From contig OX597828.1 of the NCBI GenBank assembly GCA_951406725.2, forward strand, positions 58,900,001 to 58,964,000: 64,000 bases of DNA, read 5' to 3'. The notes under the pieces were generated by a model. That model worked only from the letters and a program-made list of their open reading frames with translations, did no database searches and had not been told where the DNA came from. The translations under genes and the position numbers were made by a program. The stretch is from Octopus vulgaris. Lineage: Eukaryota. Positions 1 to 12,769 of this stretch are shown piece after piece (the stretch's first letter is position 1; each line of letters begins with the position of its first letter).

Positions 1-612
1 TCGCAGAAAAAAAATTTTTAGTTTTGAACTTGCGAACTCACGCTGGTTGGAGATTTATAATAAACTACACAAGTTCTTTTTTATTCTTTCTCTGCGCCTT
101 GACTGGATTATTTCAGAATTTTTTTGTCCTATTTGATTTTTACTACATCTCGTTATATTGCTGTGAATGACCTTTCTGTCCGGTTAATGATTTATGTCTG
201 CTGTCTCGTATCACCCAATACAATCCGTTGTCTATTAAAAAGTTTTCAGTTTTCCTCTGTTCAACTGAAGCCTGAATTTCACAATAATTGTCACTGAAAA
301 TGGGAGAACGTAACTGGTTGCATAGCTAGACTGCTATTATTTTACTGTTGACATTTCAGTTCTTAAATTTCATGACGCTACCTAATACTGTGGATAAGAA
401 AAGTTAGTCTGTGTTGATACATACGATTTATTCGCATTGATATATGTATAATATTTGATGTATATACAACGTCGACAGGCTAAATACTAGGTTTTCATCC
501 GAGATAAAATGTCTAATAGACGTACTGCATTTAAAAGCCCCATGTATATCTGAGAGAGACGAAAATCCGTCCCGACAACGATTTGCAAGAGGGCCAAATG
601 CATTTTTGAATA

Positions 613-832
613 ATGACCATGAACAAGTCGCTGGACTGTGTGTTCTACACGGTCGACCACACATCCTTCTGGAAAATTCTTAGGCTCGCCGGTGCGCCAC
701 ACACGATCTCCATCCTGTTCCAACAGCTTTATAGCAGTGTCAAGAGATGCGCAAGGGTGAACGGGAAGGACTCTGACTGGTTTCCACATGAATAGCGGGG
801 TTAGACAGGGCTGTGTGCCCCGACCTCTTCTG
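613..832 (+). mobile_element. RTE-type LINE reverse transcriptase fragment (degenerate)
   Basis: Translation ..TVDHTSFWKILRLAGAPHTISILFQQLY..RCARVNGKDSDWF..*.GVRQGCV resembles RTE RT subdomains (VDH..LW, GVRQGC); in-frame stop. Confidence 0.65.
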
Positions 833-901
833 ATTAAATCCAAATGCAATGGTAAGATAAAAACAAAAACCCTTACATCTGTCTTAAAATAAAAGTAGCT
901 T

Positions 902-1320
902 CTATATGTTGGCCACCATCCACCATTGTTCGACCGTGCTCGAGACAATGGAATTTACCGTGCCACGCCAGACCTCACCGTCCATCATAGCATTACGGAG
1001 GTCCTGTTGCTGGATGCCTGTATCCCTGGAGATTACATCAGGGTAGGAGAGTGTGCACCCTCTGGTATCACGAGCAGATGGCTTCCAGAGGAGAAGAGTA
1101 GAAATCACCTCGTTTTCAGGTCTACAACAATGTCCAACAAACTGGACTCTTCTACCTTTCACAAGAGATGATACGGGTGGTAGTTTCCCATATATATTCG
1201 TACTTTGGGTGGATGACGCTTCCACGAGAGATTTTGAGCTCTCATGAGGAGGCGAGTGTAAGTTCCATCCAACCGCCTCTCAAGCTTCTATGTTGGCACC
1301 AATGCATGACAACAACCGAA
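902..1320 (-). mobile_element. RTE-type LINE ORF2 C-terminal fragment
   Basis: ORF 902-1225: IYGKLPPVSSLVKGRRVQFVGHCCR...LLLWKP..RG..LSYPDVI..D..L.NAMMDGEVWR, typical RTE C-terminus (RR..F.GH..R; DR..WR). Confidence 0.65.
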
Positions 1321-1554
1321 TAAATGACCAGTGAAAGAGCAAAAGAATTTCCAAGTCTGCACTGAAGTAAATCTCGAACCAAATTATTTCTCAGTCTTTT
1401 TGAGGGAATACGAGTTAATATTTTATAATCAAAGGATAAAAAGAAAATTTTCAACTGCTCATCACAAACTTGGTTACATTAGTATTTGTTCAAATAAATT
1501 ATGCAGACTTATTTCATTTATTTCGGTTACAAGAGGATATTATTACATTTACTA

Positions 1555-2831
1555 CGAGGGACGTTCAATAAGTAATGCCTCTGACCCACTTGCAGTTGTT
1601 TGATCGAGCATGTGCAATTATTTATATCTCTATAAATTAAGTGGCAAATTACAGCTCTGAAATAATTGTGGTTTCTGATTTACAGGTGTTTGAACTGAGT
1701 CAAGTGTGAAATGGAGCCTGTTGAGTGGCGAGCAGTGATCCGGTTTTTGTATTTGAAAGGACGCACACCACGGAAGACTTTTGATGAAATGAAAGTAACT
1801 TATGGTGATGATGCCCCATCATATGACCTTGTAAAACCCTGGCATAGTGAATTCAAACATGGTCGGAACTCTGTGGAAACAGCTCCCAGATCTGGTCACC
1901 CCCTTCTGCCATTGATGAGGCATCTGTCCGTCAAGTTGAGGCTGCCATTTTGGAAGATCGACGCATAACTATTCGTCAAACAGCCCATGAGGTCAAGATT
2001 AATACCGGGTCTGTGGAAACTATCATTCATGACCATCTGCACATGCAAAAGGTGTCTGCCAAATGGATTCCCAGGTTGCTCACACCTTTCCAGAAGCAAG
2101 AACGCGTCGAGTGCTCGAAGATGAATTTGGAGATGTGCCAAGAAGATGAGTCAAAATTTTTCAAAAGTCTGATTACACAGGATGAAACCTGGGTCCATCA
2201 CTATGATCCAGAGACCAAAGCCCAGTCAATGCAGTGGAAGCACCGTGACTCACCTCCTCCAAAGAAGGCAAGGGTGCAGCCCTCCGCTGGTAAGGTCATG
2301 CTCACAGTCTTCTGGGACCAGGACGGAGTAGTGATGACAGATTTCCTGGAAAAGGGTACCACAATTACAGGAGCCTATTATGCTTCACTTTTGAGGAAAT
2401 TAAGAGAAGCTATCAAAATCAAGAGGCGAGGCAAGATCAACAAAGCATCCTCCTCCTGCAGGACAACGCTCCGGTCCACAACTCGCGTATCACCAGATCA
2501 GAAGCACAGGCGTGCGGCTATGAACTCCTCCCCCATCCCCCTACTCTCCTGATTGCACCCTCTGATTTTTACCTCTTCCCAGCCATGAAGTTGTTTTTGA
2601 AAGGAAAGCGTTTCCCATATGATGCAGCCTTGATTTCTGAAGTCACGTCGTGGCTGGAGGACCAAGTTGGGGTCTTCTACAAAAACGGTCTCCAGAGCTG
2701 CATCAAACGATGGGAGAAATGCGTAACTCTGGGTGGATTTTATGTAGAAAAAGACTAATAACTGTGCCAAATTTCATTGCTCTACTGCTATGGGAAGTGG
2801 GTCAGGGGCATTACTTATTGAACGCCCCTCG
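1555..2831 (+). mobile_element. Near full-length mariner (DD34D) transposon with frameshifted transposase
   Basis: TIRs cgagggacgttcaataagtaatgcc (1555) / ggcattacttattgaacgcccctcg (to 2831), TA on both sides. Transposase 1711 to about 2758 split over frames, with WIPRLL, QDETWVHHYDPE, QDNAPVH and APSDF motifs. Confidence 0.93.
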
Positions 2832-3500
2832 TATCTCTTTATTTTGTTCATCTCACTTGAGATATCGTATAATACTGGCTGATAACTTACTTAATTCAAA
2901 GTATGTTTTAAATAAACATGAATATCTATGCAGTTCTTTCTTTCTTTCTTTCTCTCTCTCTCTCTCTCTTTCTTTCTCTTTTCTCCTCCCTCTCCCTACG
3001 TATTTAGACATACATGTGTGTGTGTGTGTGTGTATGGTGTGATCACAGAAACCCCATTGTTCCTTTTAGTCTGGTACTTACATTTCGAGATTTTGGAGTC
3101 TTTTCTATGATGTGTACTCGCAGTCAGCCACATGTGGGAACGAGATGTAACTGCTATTGCGATTAATCACCGAAATGTATAAATTATCCGATGTAAGCAA
3201 CCGAAGCAGTATTTAATTAAAATAGCAAAAACGTAAAACGTTAATTTCGCCTTCAAAGTGAAATGGGTGATACAATAAAAGTTTATCGAATTACATCCAT
3301 CCAAATATCGAATTCACAACGGCGATTGCCATGCATGTATATACGTAAGCATATGTGTGTATGTATGTACGCATATTTATGTGTGTGTGTTTGTTTATAT
3401 ATGTGTGTGTTTGTAGACATGATGCTTAAATGTTTGCATGTATGTATGTACAAAGATATACATACTTTCTATAGTTGACTAAATTTCCTCTTATTTCCAG

Positions 3501-3635
3501 GGATTCTCTATAACATACGAGAAATGGCTAAGAACCTCTTTAAACTGCATTTCTACAGACTGCGTCTCAAAAACCTATTGTTATGCTGTTGTGGCTGATT
3601 GTTTTCTTGGTGTAAGCAATAAGTGGGAACACAAG
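3501..3635 (+). CDS. Penultimate coding exon of a ricin-B lectin-domain gene (ppGalNAc-transferase-like)
   Basis: Pyrimidine tract ttatttccAG acceptor, AAG|GTATGT donor, 135 nt open (GFSITYEKWLRTSLNCISTDCVSKTYCYAVVADCFLGVSNKWEHK), phase 0 joining 10120. C..C..W spacing of a ricin repeat. Confidence 0.72.
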
Positions 3636-4863
3636 GTATGTGACCTTCAGAGTAATACGTATACACAAACGAATCAAAGCAACACTCACTATCGTTGAAC
3701 TGTTTGGATAGTTGTACCTTTGTAACCCTATTCTGGTTGCCTTTCATGTGTCATGATTACAATTCGTTTTTAGGGTGTGTAAAGAGGGAAAGAACCCTCA
3801 TCTGCAATTTTGATGAAATTCAAATCATAGGTATTCCAGTTCATTACAGAAAATATAACAGAAAAGTCTAATTCTTCAATTGCACGTAACACAGGCAACG
3901 CCGGGTATCTCTGCTAGTTGTCTTTAAAACAATTAACAGACATGCATTGTACTTTACACTACTACAATCTGTGCGTAAAAAAATGTACAAAAAGTAAATA
4001 GCTTATTATGAAAGCAGATACAAAGAAAAAAGGCTGCGATATGAATTGAAATTAAAATAGCCCAATTGATGATCACGTACTAATATTACTTGGTCTTCCA
4101 ACCAAAATAATTTTTTTCACAAAATACCTATCTGCTCTCCCTCTCTTCCTCTCCTTCTCTATTTCTCCCTCTCACTCTCTCTCCTACACATACGCGTGCG
4201 CAATTTTTTTCTAGCCTAGTTCCACACTGCTGTAATCGTCAAACCGAGCTGGCTGAATGTTGAATATTGCTTTGCATAATTAACCTTGAACATCAGGTAT
4301 GTTGTCACAATAGAGCTTTTACCTGTGTATCCATTATGCATTGCTGTTGTCAGGTGGATTCATTCTTTTCTTAGGCCATTTCCACTTAAAGTAACAGGTT
4401 GGAATTTCTTGTTATAAGGCTATTATAACTTGGAGTCCGTTATTTGGTAGTGGTGGTGGTGGTGTGGGAGGTAGTGATGAGGTGTGTGCAGTGTAGCTGT
4501 TTTGTAGTTGAATAACTTGTGATACCTAGCGTCGCGGTTGGGTGGGGGGTCTTTGTTGACTAGTGCTAGGAATTTATTCCCTATATGTCATTACGTTTAG
4601 GATAAAGAGCAAGTTAAGGAAATATTTCTTCACCTGGTTTTGTTTGAATCATATATACATATATATATATATATACTAAGCAATTAAGGGTTTAGCAACG
4701 AATTGCCTTACCGCACACCGAATTTAGAAATAGCAGTCAAAGAGATTATAGCTATTTCTTCTACTAAAAGGGAGGTCTCAGTAAAAACACAGCATTTGAA
4801 AGGCAAACACAAACAGGTAAGAGAGAATGAATTGACGGCAATCTATCATACAGTTTTAAGTCA

Positions 4864-4955
4864 CCTACGGACGTACGTTTCGAGATCAAGTCTTAGGAAA
4901 GCATAAGAATTAGATAATTCTACCTTACCCAAACTTCATCTCTCATCAGCGCAGG
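4864..4955 (-). ncRNA. Type I hammerhead ribozyme (inverted copy)
   Basis: Reverse complement of the 5519-5610 motif. Confidence 0.8.
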
Positions 4956-5518
4956 ATACAAACAATCATGAATGATTGTATATTGAATTTTGAGATACTA
5001 GAAGGCACCAACTCAACTCAGTATCAGAGCGAGCTAGAAGCCACAGCTAGTATCACCAAATTCAAAGTATGAATGAAAGTTTGTGTCACCAGTCCCTGTG
5101 TTTTTACTGAGACCTCCCTTTTAGTAGAAGAAATAGCTATAATCTCTTTGACTGCTATTTCTAAATTCGGTGTGCGGTAAGGCAATTCGTTGCTAAACCC
5201 TTAATTGCTTTGTATTACTTAAATTTTCCTCGAATGAGGCTTTTACATGCCGAAGACTACTTGGTGTAATTGATAATTATTCCAAATTAATTAATTTCAC
5301 CCTTCATTGTTACTGATAACCATATTCATCCCAGTAAATGACCACAGCACTTTGTCTTGGCTACACGCGGGTGGGAAGGGACTGGTGACACAAACTTTCA
5401 TTCATACTTTGAATTTGGTGATACTAGCTGTGGCTTCTAGCTCGCTCTGATACTGAGTTGAGTTGGTGCCTTCTAGTATCTCAAAATTCAATATACAATC
5501 ATTCATGATTGTTTGTAT

Positions 5519-5610
5519 CCTGCGCTGATGAGAGATGAAGTTTGGGTAAGGTAGAATTATCTAATTCTTATGCTTTCCTAAGACTTGATCTCGAAACGTA
5601 CGTCCGTAGG
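5519..5610 (+). ncRNA. Type I hammerhead ribozyme with extended stem II
   Basis: Stem I CCUGCG/CGUAGG; core CUGAUGA (5525-5531); stem II GAGAU...AUCUC; GAAA (5593-5596); palindromic stem III ACGUACGU; predicted cleavage after GUC (C5604). Confidence 0.82.
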
Positions 5611-5896
5611 TGACTTAAAACTGTATGATAGATTGCCGTCAATTCATTCTCTCTTACCTGTTTGTGTTTGCCTTTCAAATGCTGTGTTTTTACTGAGACC
5701 TCCCTTTTAGTAGAAGAAGTAGCTATAATCTCTTTGACTGCTATTTCTAAATTCGGTGTGCGGTAAGGCAATTCGTTGCTAAACCCTTAATTGCTTAGTA
5801 TTACTTAAATTTTCCTCGAATGAGGCTTTTACATGCCGAAGACTACTTGGTGTAATTGATAATTATTCCAAATTAATTAATTTCACCCTTCATTGT

Positions 5897-5930
<34 letters not shown>

Positions 5931-5941
5931 CAAAGATACAT

Positions 5942-5972
<31 letters not shown>

Positions 5973-5994
5973 CATACATACATACATACATACA

Positions 5995-6030
<36 letters not shown>

Positions 6031-6041
6031 TATATATGATA

Positions 6042-6899
6042 TCTATATAATACTAAAGTTTGTCTGTCTCTCTGTTTTCCTAATTAAGATGATATATATC
6101 ACAAACAAAAAAATCATTTCCTTCTTTAAGAAAAAAATTCAAGTTGAAAATTATATATTTTTGTACCACGAGTATTTGATTTTTTTTCTTAAAGGGAAAA
6201 CTTACCGTTTTATTTAAAACAAAATATTAATCTTTATCATCTTAACCAAAAGGCAGAAAAAACAGACAAAGAGACTGTCTTCTTATAGACGAAGATCAGT
6301 TGCAATTGGAGGAGTTGAATCTTATAAGAATGGAAAAGCAATCAAAAACAAATGGGTTGTACCTTATAACGAAACTCTTTTAAGAGCATTCAAGTGCCAC
6401 TGCAACGTTGAAATCGTTGCCTCACTGAGTATGTCATCAAGTACACGCTGAAAGGAAATGACCACGCTGCTGTTCAAATAAACAGTGATAACGAAATTAG
6501 TCTAAAGAGTAGGTATATTGGACCATCCTAAGTAGTTTATTGCCCTGTAATAATGAGGATACAGCTGTTAAAGAACGACGTATGAGAACAACATTGACAG
6601 GAATCTTTTCATTGAGTATCAAAATATTACTTTATGCTGAAGTACCCATGTATTTCACACTGAACAGTAGTAACAAAGAATGGCAAAAAGGGAAAGCGAG
6701 GAAAAAAGTTGAAGGCCATTTGAGCATTTTCAAAAAAGAAAAACATTGGTCGTGTTTATGTTGTCACACCAAAGGTAGGATAGCTGTATTATTAGAATCT
6801 TATTGTATGATGTTCGAAATAGTATTTTTCCTTTGCTGCCGTGCATTGACATATTCAACTTTGAGTGGTTGTGACCTAACGGGTCACAGGTACATCTAG
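6042..6899 (+). mobile_element. Non-autonomous Helitron with RepHel remnants
   Basis: A|TC 5' end; 3' hairpin gtgacc-taac-gggtcac (6871-6887) then CTAG|T; internal NKWVVPYNETLLRAFKCHCNVE..KYTLKGND..SRYIGP and LLYAEVPMYFT..EWQK are Helitron RepHel motifs. Confidence 0.85.
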
Positions 6900-6961
<62 letters not shown>

Positions 6962-6983
6962 TATATGTTTGTATGTATGTATG

Positions 6984-7035
<52 letters not shown>

Positions 7036-7057
7036 ACACACACACACACACACACAC

Positions 7058-7116
<59 letters not shown>

Positions 7117-7120
7117 CGTA

Positions 7121-8262
7121 CAGGGTGACCCACAGAGATTTACCCATTGATATTTGTTAATCATTCAAAACAAACATAAGGTAGGATAACGAAATTTGGC
7201 ACACACGTTCTAACGTAAATTGTTAATACATTGCATGTAATTACCTTTCGCCTTCATCGTAGGCTACAAGCGTGTGGTCACTGAGTTACATGAGCTTCGT
7301 ACCAACTCTTCATCCAACTTGACCTATGAAAACAGAAGGGTTTTTTTTTTCAGATCTGACACATTTGAATAGGAGCGAGCAGAAACACTACTCTCTAAGA
7401 TGGACCAGATAATAAAATCCTTGGGATTGATGTTTTGACTTGATGGAGGCCATGTCTTGTTCCAAAAATTGCTGAAATGCTCTTTGCACCACTTCTGTAT
7501 CAAATTAGATATGTTGGCCGGATCCCCGTCTTGAGTAAAGATGTAATGGCCACCAAAAGTTTCTGTGACCCAGGGTGACCCTTTCTCATCCAACATTTCC
7601 ACATAGACTTCAATGTTGACCTTGACGCCAGCATCGATTAAAGTCAAGGGAGATTTGGACACATCAGATGCAATTGCGGCCAACACCATGAATAAAACTG
7701 GCTTCTGACGGCGTAAATGACCCCTGCTACTTTCGGGCAAGTCTCCTGAATTACCTGCATAAATCCTGTCATTCTACCTGTTGGTAACTGCCTCCATGGT
7801 GAAAATCTCGTCGGATCAGATCAACACTTTGTTAGCGGCGCGCTTCATCTCAGCTAACATGGTTTTACCCCTGCCGAGCCGTTACTTATTGGAAGCTGCT
7901 GAAAGTGACTGCCGGGATTGTCTCTTGTATGCAGTTAGCTTTAAATCATCTTTAAAAATCCTATGCATTGACGATTTCGAAATATCAAGAGCTTTTGCAG
8001 TTTTTCTTGCACTCCTGTGGGGATTTCGGGGATTCAACAGTTTGTTTGGTACGAATTGATTCTCCCCTACCATAAATTGACTTGCTAGAGGTAGTAGCGG
8101 ACTCCATATATCGATCCCAGGTATTGAACGCTTCTTTACGGCACACATTCAACTGTTTTGTTATGTCCTTGTTACTCGCACCAGCTGTTTTTTAAAGCAA
8201 CAATCTGGTCACGTTTTGCATTTGACACCATGTTTGTTTACAAGCCTGTTATAGATGAACGA
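7121..8262 (-). mobile_element. Tc1/mariner maT-like (about DD37D) transposase pseudogene
   Basis: TA-cagggtgaccc terminus at about 7119; frameshifted ORFs with RNPHRSARKTAKAL, SDE.F, QDG.P...WPPSS..INPKD motifs; other end cut by the next element. Confidence 0.78.
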
Positions 8263-8269
8263 AACAATA

Positions 8270-9800
8270 GACGCATGAACAAAAGACATATGCAAAGGAT
8301 GGATCAAGTTTAAGGTTGACCCCCTCCAGGAGAAGTAACCAGCAGAACGAGAAGGAGGACAGTGGTATACAGAACGCTGTCTATAACCAATAAGAAAAAA
8401 GAGATGGCATCAGAGGAAGCCATTGAGAAATGTATGGAAGAAGTGAAGAGTACTGTGACATTCTACACTAGAAGGAGAAGATATGGCACAGTGGAGGTGG
8501 GGTTTGTCACCGAAGAAGAGGCAATAAATCACTCCACTCTGCCGCTGAGATCACAAGAATGGGTGCTCCTGTCGACCTATTGCGGCAAAAGTGTTGCAAG
8601 AATTAGGATCAATAGGGTGCCACCTGAAATCGAAGAAGCGTGGCTGGTGACAGCCGTGATGTACGGAACCAATGACGACGCAAGGTTAATCCAAGTTGCA
8701 AGAACGAAGGAAATGAATTGCTGGGGATACGGCCTGGAAATGGTTATCTAGGCCACCCAGCAAGACTTGAATGAAATAGCAGAAGAGGTACTGTTGCCTG
8801 AAGATACAAAATTGAGAGTAGTGGTAGAGGCAAGACCGCCCACCTACTACCATTGTGGAGAAAAGGGGCACATTAAAATAAAGTGCCCCCAGATTAGCAA
8901 TGAAACCGCAGGGAACCAGGAAGGACAAAGTAGGAGTACCATATCGGCAGCTTGAGCCCAGGTGGAGGGTATGGAAGATACAGAGGAGGGGTGATTCACC
9001 GAAGTATCGAAAAGGAAAAGAAAGGAAACGTTGAATACACCCCCCCCACAAAAGTACAAAGGCGGAGAGGAAGAATAGCAAAACAGAGGAAATTATACAG
9101 CAAGCACACAACATATAAGGTACGCCCACACAGCATACATCACCACCAGTAACACCCCAAAAAAGGAAACCGCCCCAGATAGTCCGACTTCACCTCGTAG
9201 ACAAGTAGGCACAAGCAGAGACAGGCATAATACACAGTCCCGCAAAAGTCCCCCTAAAAACAAAGCATGCATGATGACATATACTAAAAGCACGTCAATT
9301 GAACGAAAAATCACCAAGTTCAAATCGGTAATTAGAGTTAAATTGCCGGCAGAAAAATAAACATAAAACACAGAATGCATACTGATAGACAGGGATTCAC
9401 TGTAAAATGGTGGTAACACACGGCATTTAGATTAGAATATGCAGGCCATTGAGGGAATTGTTCAGTTCGAATATTGACCAGTTAGGACCAGAGGTGGAGT
9501 ATGATAGCCTACCTCCAGTCGTAGACGATGAAGAATTAACACCATATATAAACTGGTGAAAAAAATGTAAGTAAATTTTAATATTATATTAAAAAAAAAA
9601 CACAGATAAAAATGTTATAACATTAACCACAGTCAAAGGTAACCACCCGAAAGTGGGGCTCGAGTAGCCATTGCATCCTCATTATATTATAATTCCATTT
9701 TCATTCATCCATCTATGTTTTATGTCCCCGCTTTGTATTTGTATTGTCTGTCCTTGTGCTGTCCCTTCTGTGTAGGGCCCTGGTGGTCAATAAAGAAAGA
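8270..9800 (+). mobile_element. L1/Tx1-type non-LTR remnant: gag-like ORF1 and 3' tail
   Basis: RRM-like GTVEVGF..EEEA segment, degenerate CCHC knuckle YYHCGEKGHIKIKCP, stop codons; ends in gtccc..tgtg..ggtcaataaagaaa tail. Confidence 0.65.
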
Positions 9801-10119
9801 GAGTGGCCGTTAATCGCGGGAATCCGTAAGGTGTCATTTCGGTAGTTTTGTCGGAATATCGTTTGTTGGTTTGTGTAGAGTTTGTTGGATTGTTACGTTG
9901 TTGTTACCCTGCTTGGTTATATATTTTATTGTTACTACACGGTTATAGTGTAAACAAGCATCGTCATAAATAGTGGCGATACGTTACAATAATTACCATA
10001 ATTACCATAAATAAAAAGAAGTAAAAACTCTATAAACGCCATATACCTACCCATTTTTATTTGACCAATAGATTAACACTTTACATTATTGCATTTCTAA
10101 TAGTTTCATTTCATTGCAG

Positions 10120-10257
10120 GATGGATTTGTGAAACATTTAAACACTGGATTGTGTCTTGATTTAGAGAAAAATTTTGTCGCTATTCTTCAACCTTGTGAC
10201 AACAAGCAAGCTACACAGCAATGGAGTTTCATACAGATCCCCATAGATCGTAAATAA
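10120..10257 (+). CDS. Terminal coding exon of the ricin-B lectin-domain gene (ppGalNAc-transferase-like C-terminus)
   Basis: Acceptor tttcattgcAG; DGFVKHLNTGLCLDLEKNFVAILQPCDNKQATQQWSFIQIPIDRK*; GLCLD..C..QQW is the ricin-B QxW repeat; AATAAA at 10404. Confidence 0.82.
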   Translation, partial: DGFVKHLNTGLCLDLEKNFVAILQPCDNKQATQQWSFIQIPIDRK

Positions 10258-10628
10258 TCTTTTAAATTTATAAAACAAATACGTATTCAGTTGCGTATAC
10301 GTATACAGTTGCGGCCAAAATGTTCAGAACGGCATTGTTTTCGTCAGAAAAGTAGATATAATTTTTTATCAAAGTTGTTTTATATTCTATAAGTTTCACA
10401 GACAATAAATACGATATTATTTGTTATTGCCTGAGATTTTGGTGTAATTTGAGAGGATAATACAAAAGTTATGGATGATTTAGTGATTTACTGCAAAACC
10501 CATGGCGGTCAAAATGAATGTTTATTTTTTCCTGATCTCACATGGATATCTGCTACCATTTTATATATTTTATATATTTCATGATTAATCATTTAAGGTT
10601 TTCCTCACGTTATATTAGACAATAATAA

Positions 10629-10860
10629 GGCGGCGAGCTGGCAGAAACGTTAGCACGCCGGGCGAAATGCTTAGCAGTATTTCGTCTGTCGTTACGGTCT
10701 GAGTTCAAATTCCGCCGAGGTCGACTTTACCTTTCATCCTTTCGGGGTCGATTAAATAAGTACCAGTTACGCACTGGGGTCGATATAATCGACTTAATCC
10801 GTTTGTCTGTCCTTGTTTGTCCTCTCTGTGTTTAGCCCCTTGTGGGTAGTAAAGAAATAG
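10629..10860 (+). mobile_element. tRNA-derived SINE with 16-bp target-site duplication
   Basis: GGCGGCGAGCTGGCAGAA head, GAGTTCAAAT B-box; TSD ttatattagacaataa at 10610-10625 and 10861-10876; second copy 56008-56236. Confidence 0.85.
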
Positions 10861-11959
10861 TTATATTAGACAATAAAGTTGGCCTTAGCCTTTGAGTCTG
10901 CAATGTTAAGTAGATAAAAGATAAAACTTCCTGAACTAGGAATCAATATTTTGCTGTAAAGTGAATAGTCTTGTAGAAATACATGTCCTGCCTGGAGATT
11001 AAAGTACATATACCGCAGTATCCTGTCTACGCTGTGAAATTACTTTTAGCGTGCCGTCTACCTTTTCTTACCGTTTTACACTTTAGCGTGCCATCTACCT
11101 CCACTATAAGAACTTTATACTACAGGATGATAAGAACAAATTGAATAATGTCAAATTATTCTTTCCTGCTGAGGGTTATAGTCCAAATCAATGACTGATA
11201 CAAAGTCGCAGCCAGACATAGAGTGGTGTGGTGGTGAAACAATAGGGTTAACAGAGCCTTAAATGCGGCAGACTGCCTTGGAAAGACTTGTAGAATAAGG
11301 GCAGCAGAGAAGCTAGAAGGGAAATTATACATGTTTAATTAGCAAGGAAAAATAGCAGAAAAGAGGTTAGCAAATGTTTTACAGAGTGTGGTATAACAGG
11401 TTGCAAGACAACATGTTTAATTAGCAAAGAAAAAAAGCAGAAAAGAGGTTAGCTAATATTTTACAGCGTGTGGTAGACCAGGTTGCAAGATAACATATCA
11501 CAAATAGTAGAGATGTTGTGGGTGAGAAGTGTATTGAGAAGGTTAATAGCACCCTTGTACTTGGTGATTCTAATAAAAAGGAAAAGGTGCATGGAAGAGC
11601 TACAATGAAATGTTGTTAAATGTGGAGAATGCCTGGAAGAAAAGGAATCTTACCAACGCAAACTCATCAAACCTTTGAAGACTGTGCTTCAGAATGACGC
11701 AGATTAATAATTGAAACGGATAAAAGATCAAAGATCAGAGATAAAACAATAAGTGGTGATAACAAATGTGAGAAAAGAAGATATTTAAGCGAAGTGAACC
11801 AGTTCAACAGTTTGTGTGAGACATTGTGTCTGCAATCATCGCTAAGTAGATTCTAGCAGCTACTTAGCATAAGCTGTGTCATGACTATTGACGTCGTCAT
11901 CACCGTGGTGACATCCTGTAAACGTGGGAAATTAGTTCCTTGGAGTGGCTGTGTGAATA

Positions 11960-12345
11960 GGCGCAGGAGTGGCTGTGTGGTAAGTAGTTTGCTTACCAAC
12001 CACATGGTTCCGGGTTCAGTCCCACTGCGTGGCACCATAGCCTCGGGCCGACCAAAGCCTTGTGAGTGGATTTGGTAGACGGAAACTGAAAGAAGCCCTT
12101 CGTATATATGTATATATATATGTATGTGTTTATATATGTTTGTGTGTCTGTGTTTGTCCCCCCAACATCGCTTGAGAACCGATGGGGGTGTGTTTAAGAC
12201 CCCGTAACGTAGCGGTTCGGCAAAAGAGACTGGTAGAATAAGTACTAGGCTTACAAAGAATAAGTCCTGGGGTCGATTTGCTCGACTAAAGGCGGTGCTC
12301 CAGCATGGCCACAGTCACATGACTGGAACAAGTAAAAGAGAATAA
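11960..12345 (+). mobile_element. tRNA-derived SINE (family with ggcggtgctccagcatggcc tail)
   Basis: Head GGCGCAGGAGTGGCTGTGTGGTAAG, GGTTCAGTCC B-box-like, internal (TA/TG)n; homologous copies at 28965-29372(-), 37359-37760(+), 56600-56940(-). Confidence 0.85.
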
Positions 12346-12596
12346 AAGCGAATTGAAGACAGGATCCTATTTCTGGTTTTGTTAATTTTACATGTGAAAA
12401 CGATTCCTAGACTGTGAGTTGGTGTTTGAAACTCTACCAAATATTCCTCCTGTATATGTTTTGTTGTATCCGGGTGGGTCATTATGCCAATAATATACAC
12501 GACCCTCCCGAGATACAACAAAATATGCTTCAACATATGAGTTCACATGAAGAATTTTGCAAGCCATATACACGCACGCACACGCGCACACGCACG

Positions 12597-12669
<73 letters not shown>

Positions 12670-12769
12670 ATCGCCTGACATCCCAAACCTTTGTCAGCTT
12701 TTTCGTTAGGCTCAGTTCTAAAATCAGCCTTTACAACTTCGACGGATATTTGTCCTCATCTTGTTTATT

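Larger units (their letters stand above)
4677..5897. mobile_element. Penelope-like pseudo-LTR cluster (inverted + partial tandem copies) carrying hammerhead ribozymes
   Basis: 4677-5097 is the near-perfect reverse complement of about 5378-5797; about 5098-5312 is a direct repeat of about 5683-5897; hammerhead core in both long copies. Confidence 0.75.

Noticed and set aside
4703-4906. Duplicated 67-aa ORF (also 5568-5771)
   Set aside because: Non-ATG start; produced by the inverted repeat and antisense to the hammerhead.
6730-7164. His/Thr, Tyr/Ile, Cys/Val-rich ORFs (also 12388-12788, 31021-31412, 50632-51696) and poly-V/L ORFs at 12985-13362
   Set aside because: Translations of microsatellites.
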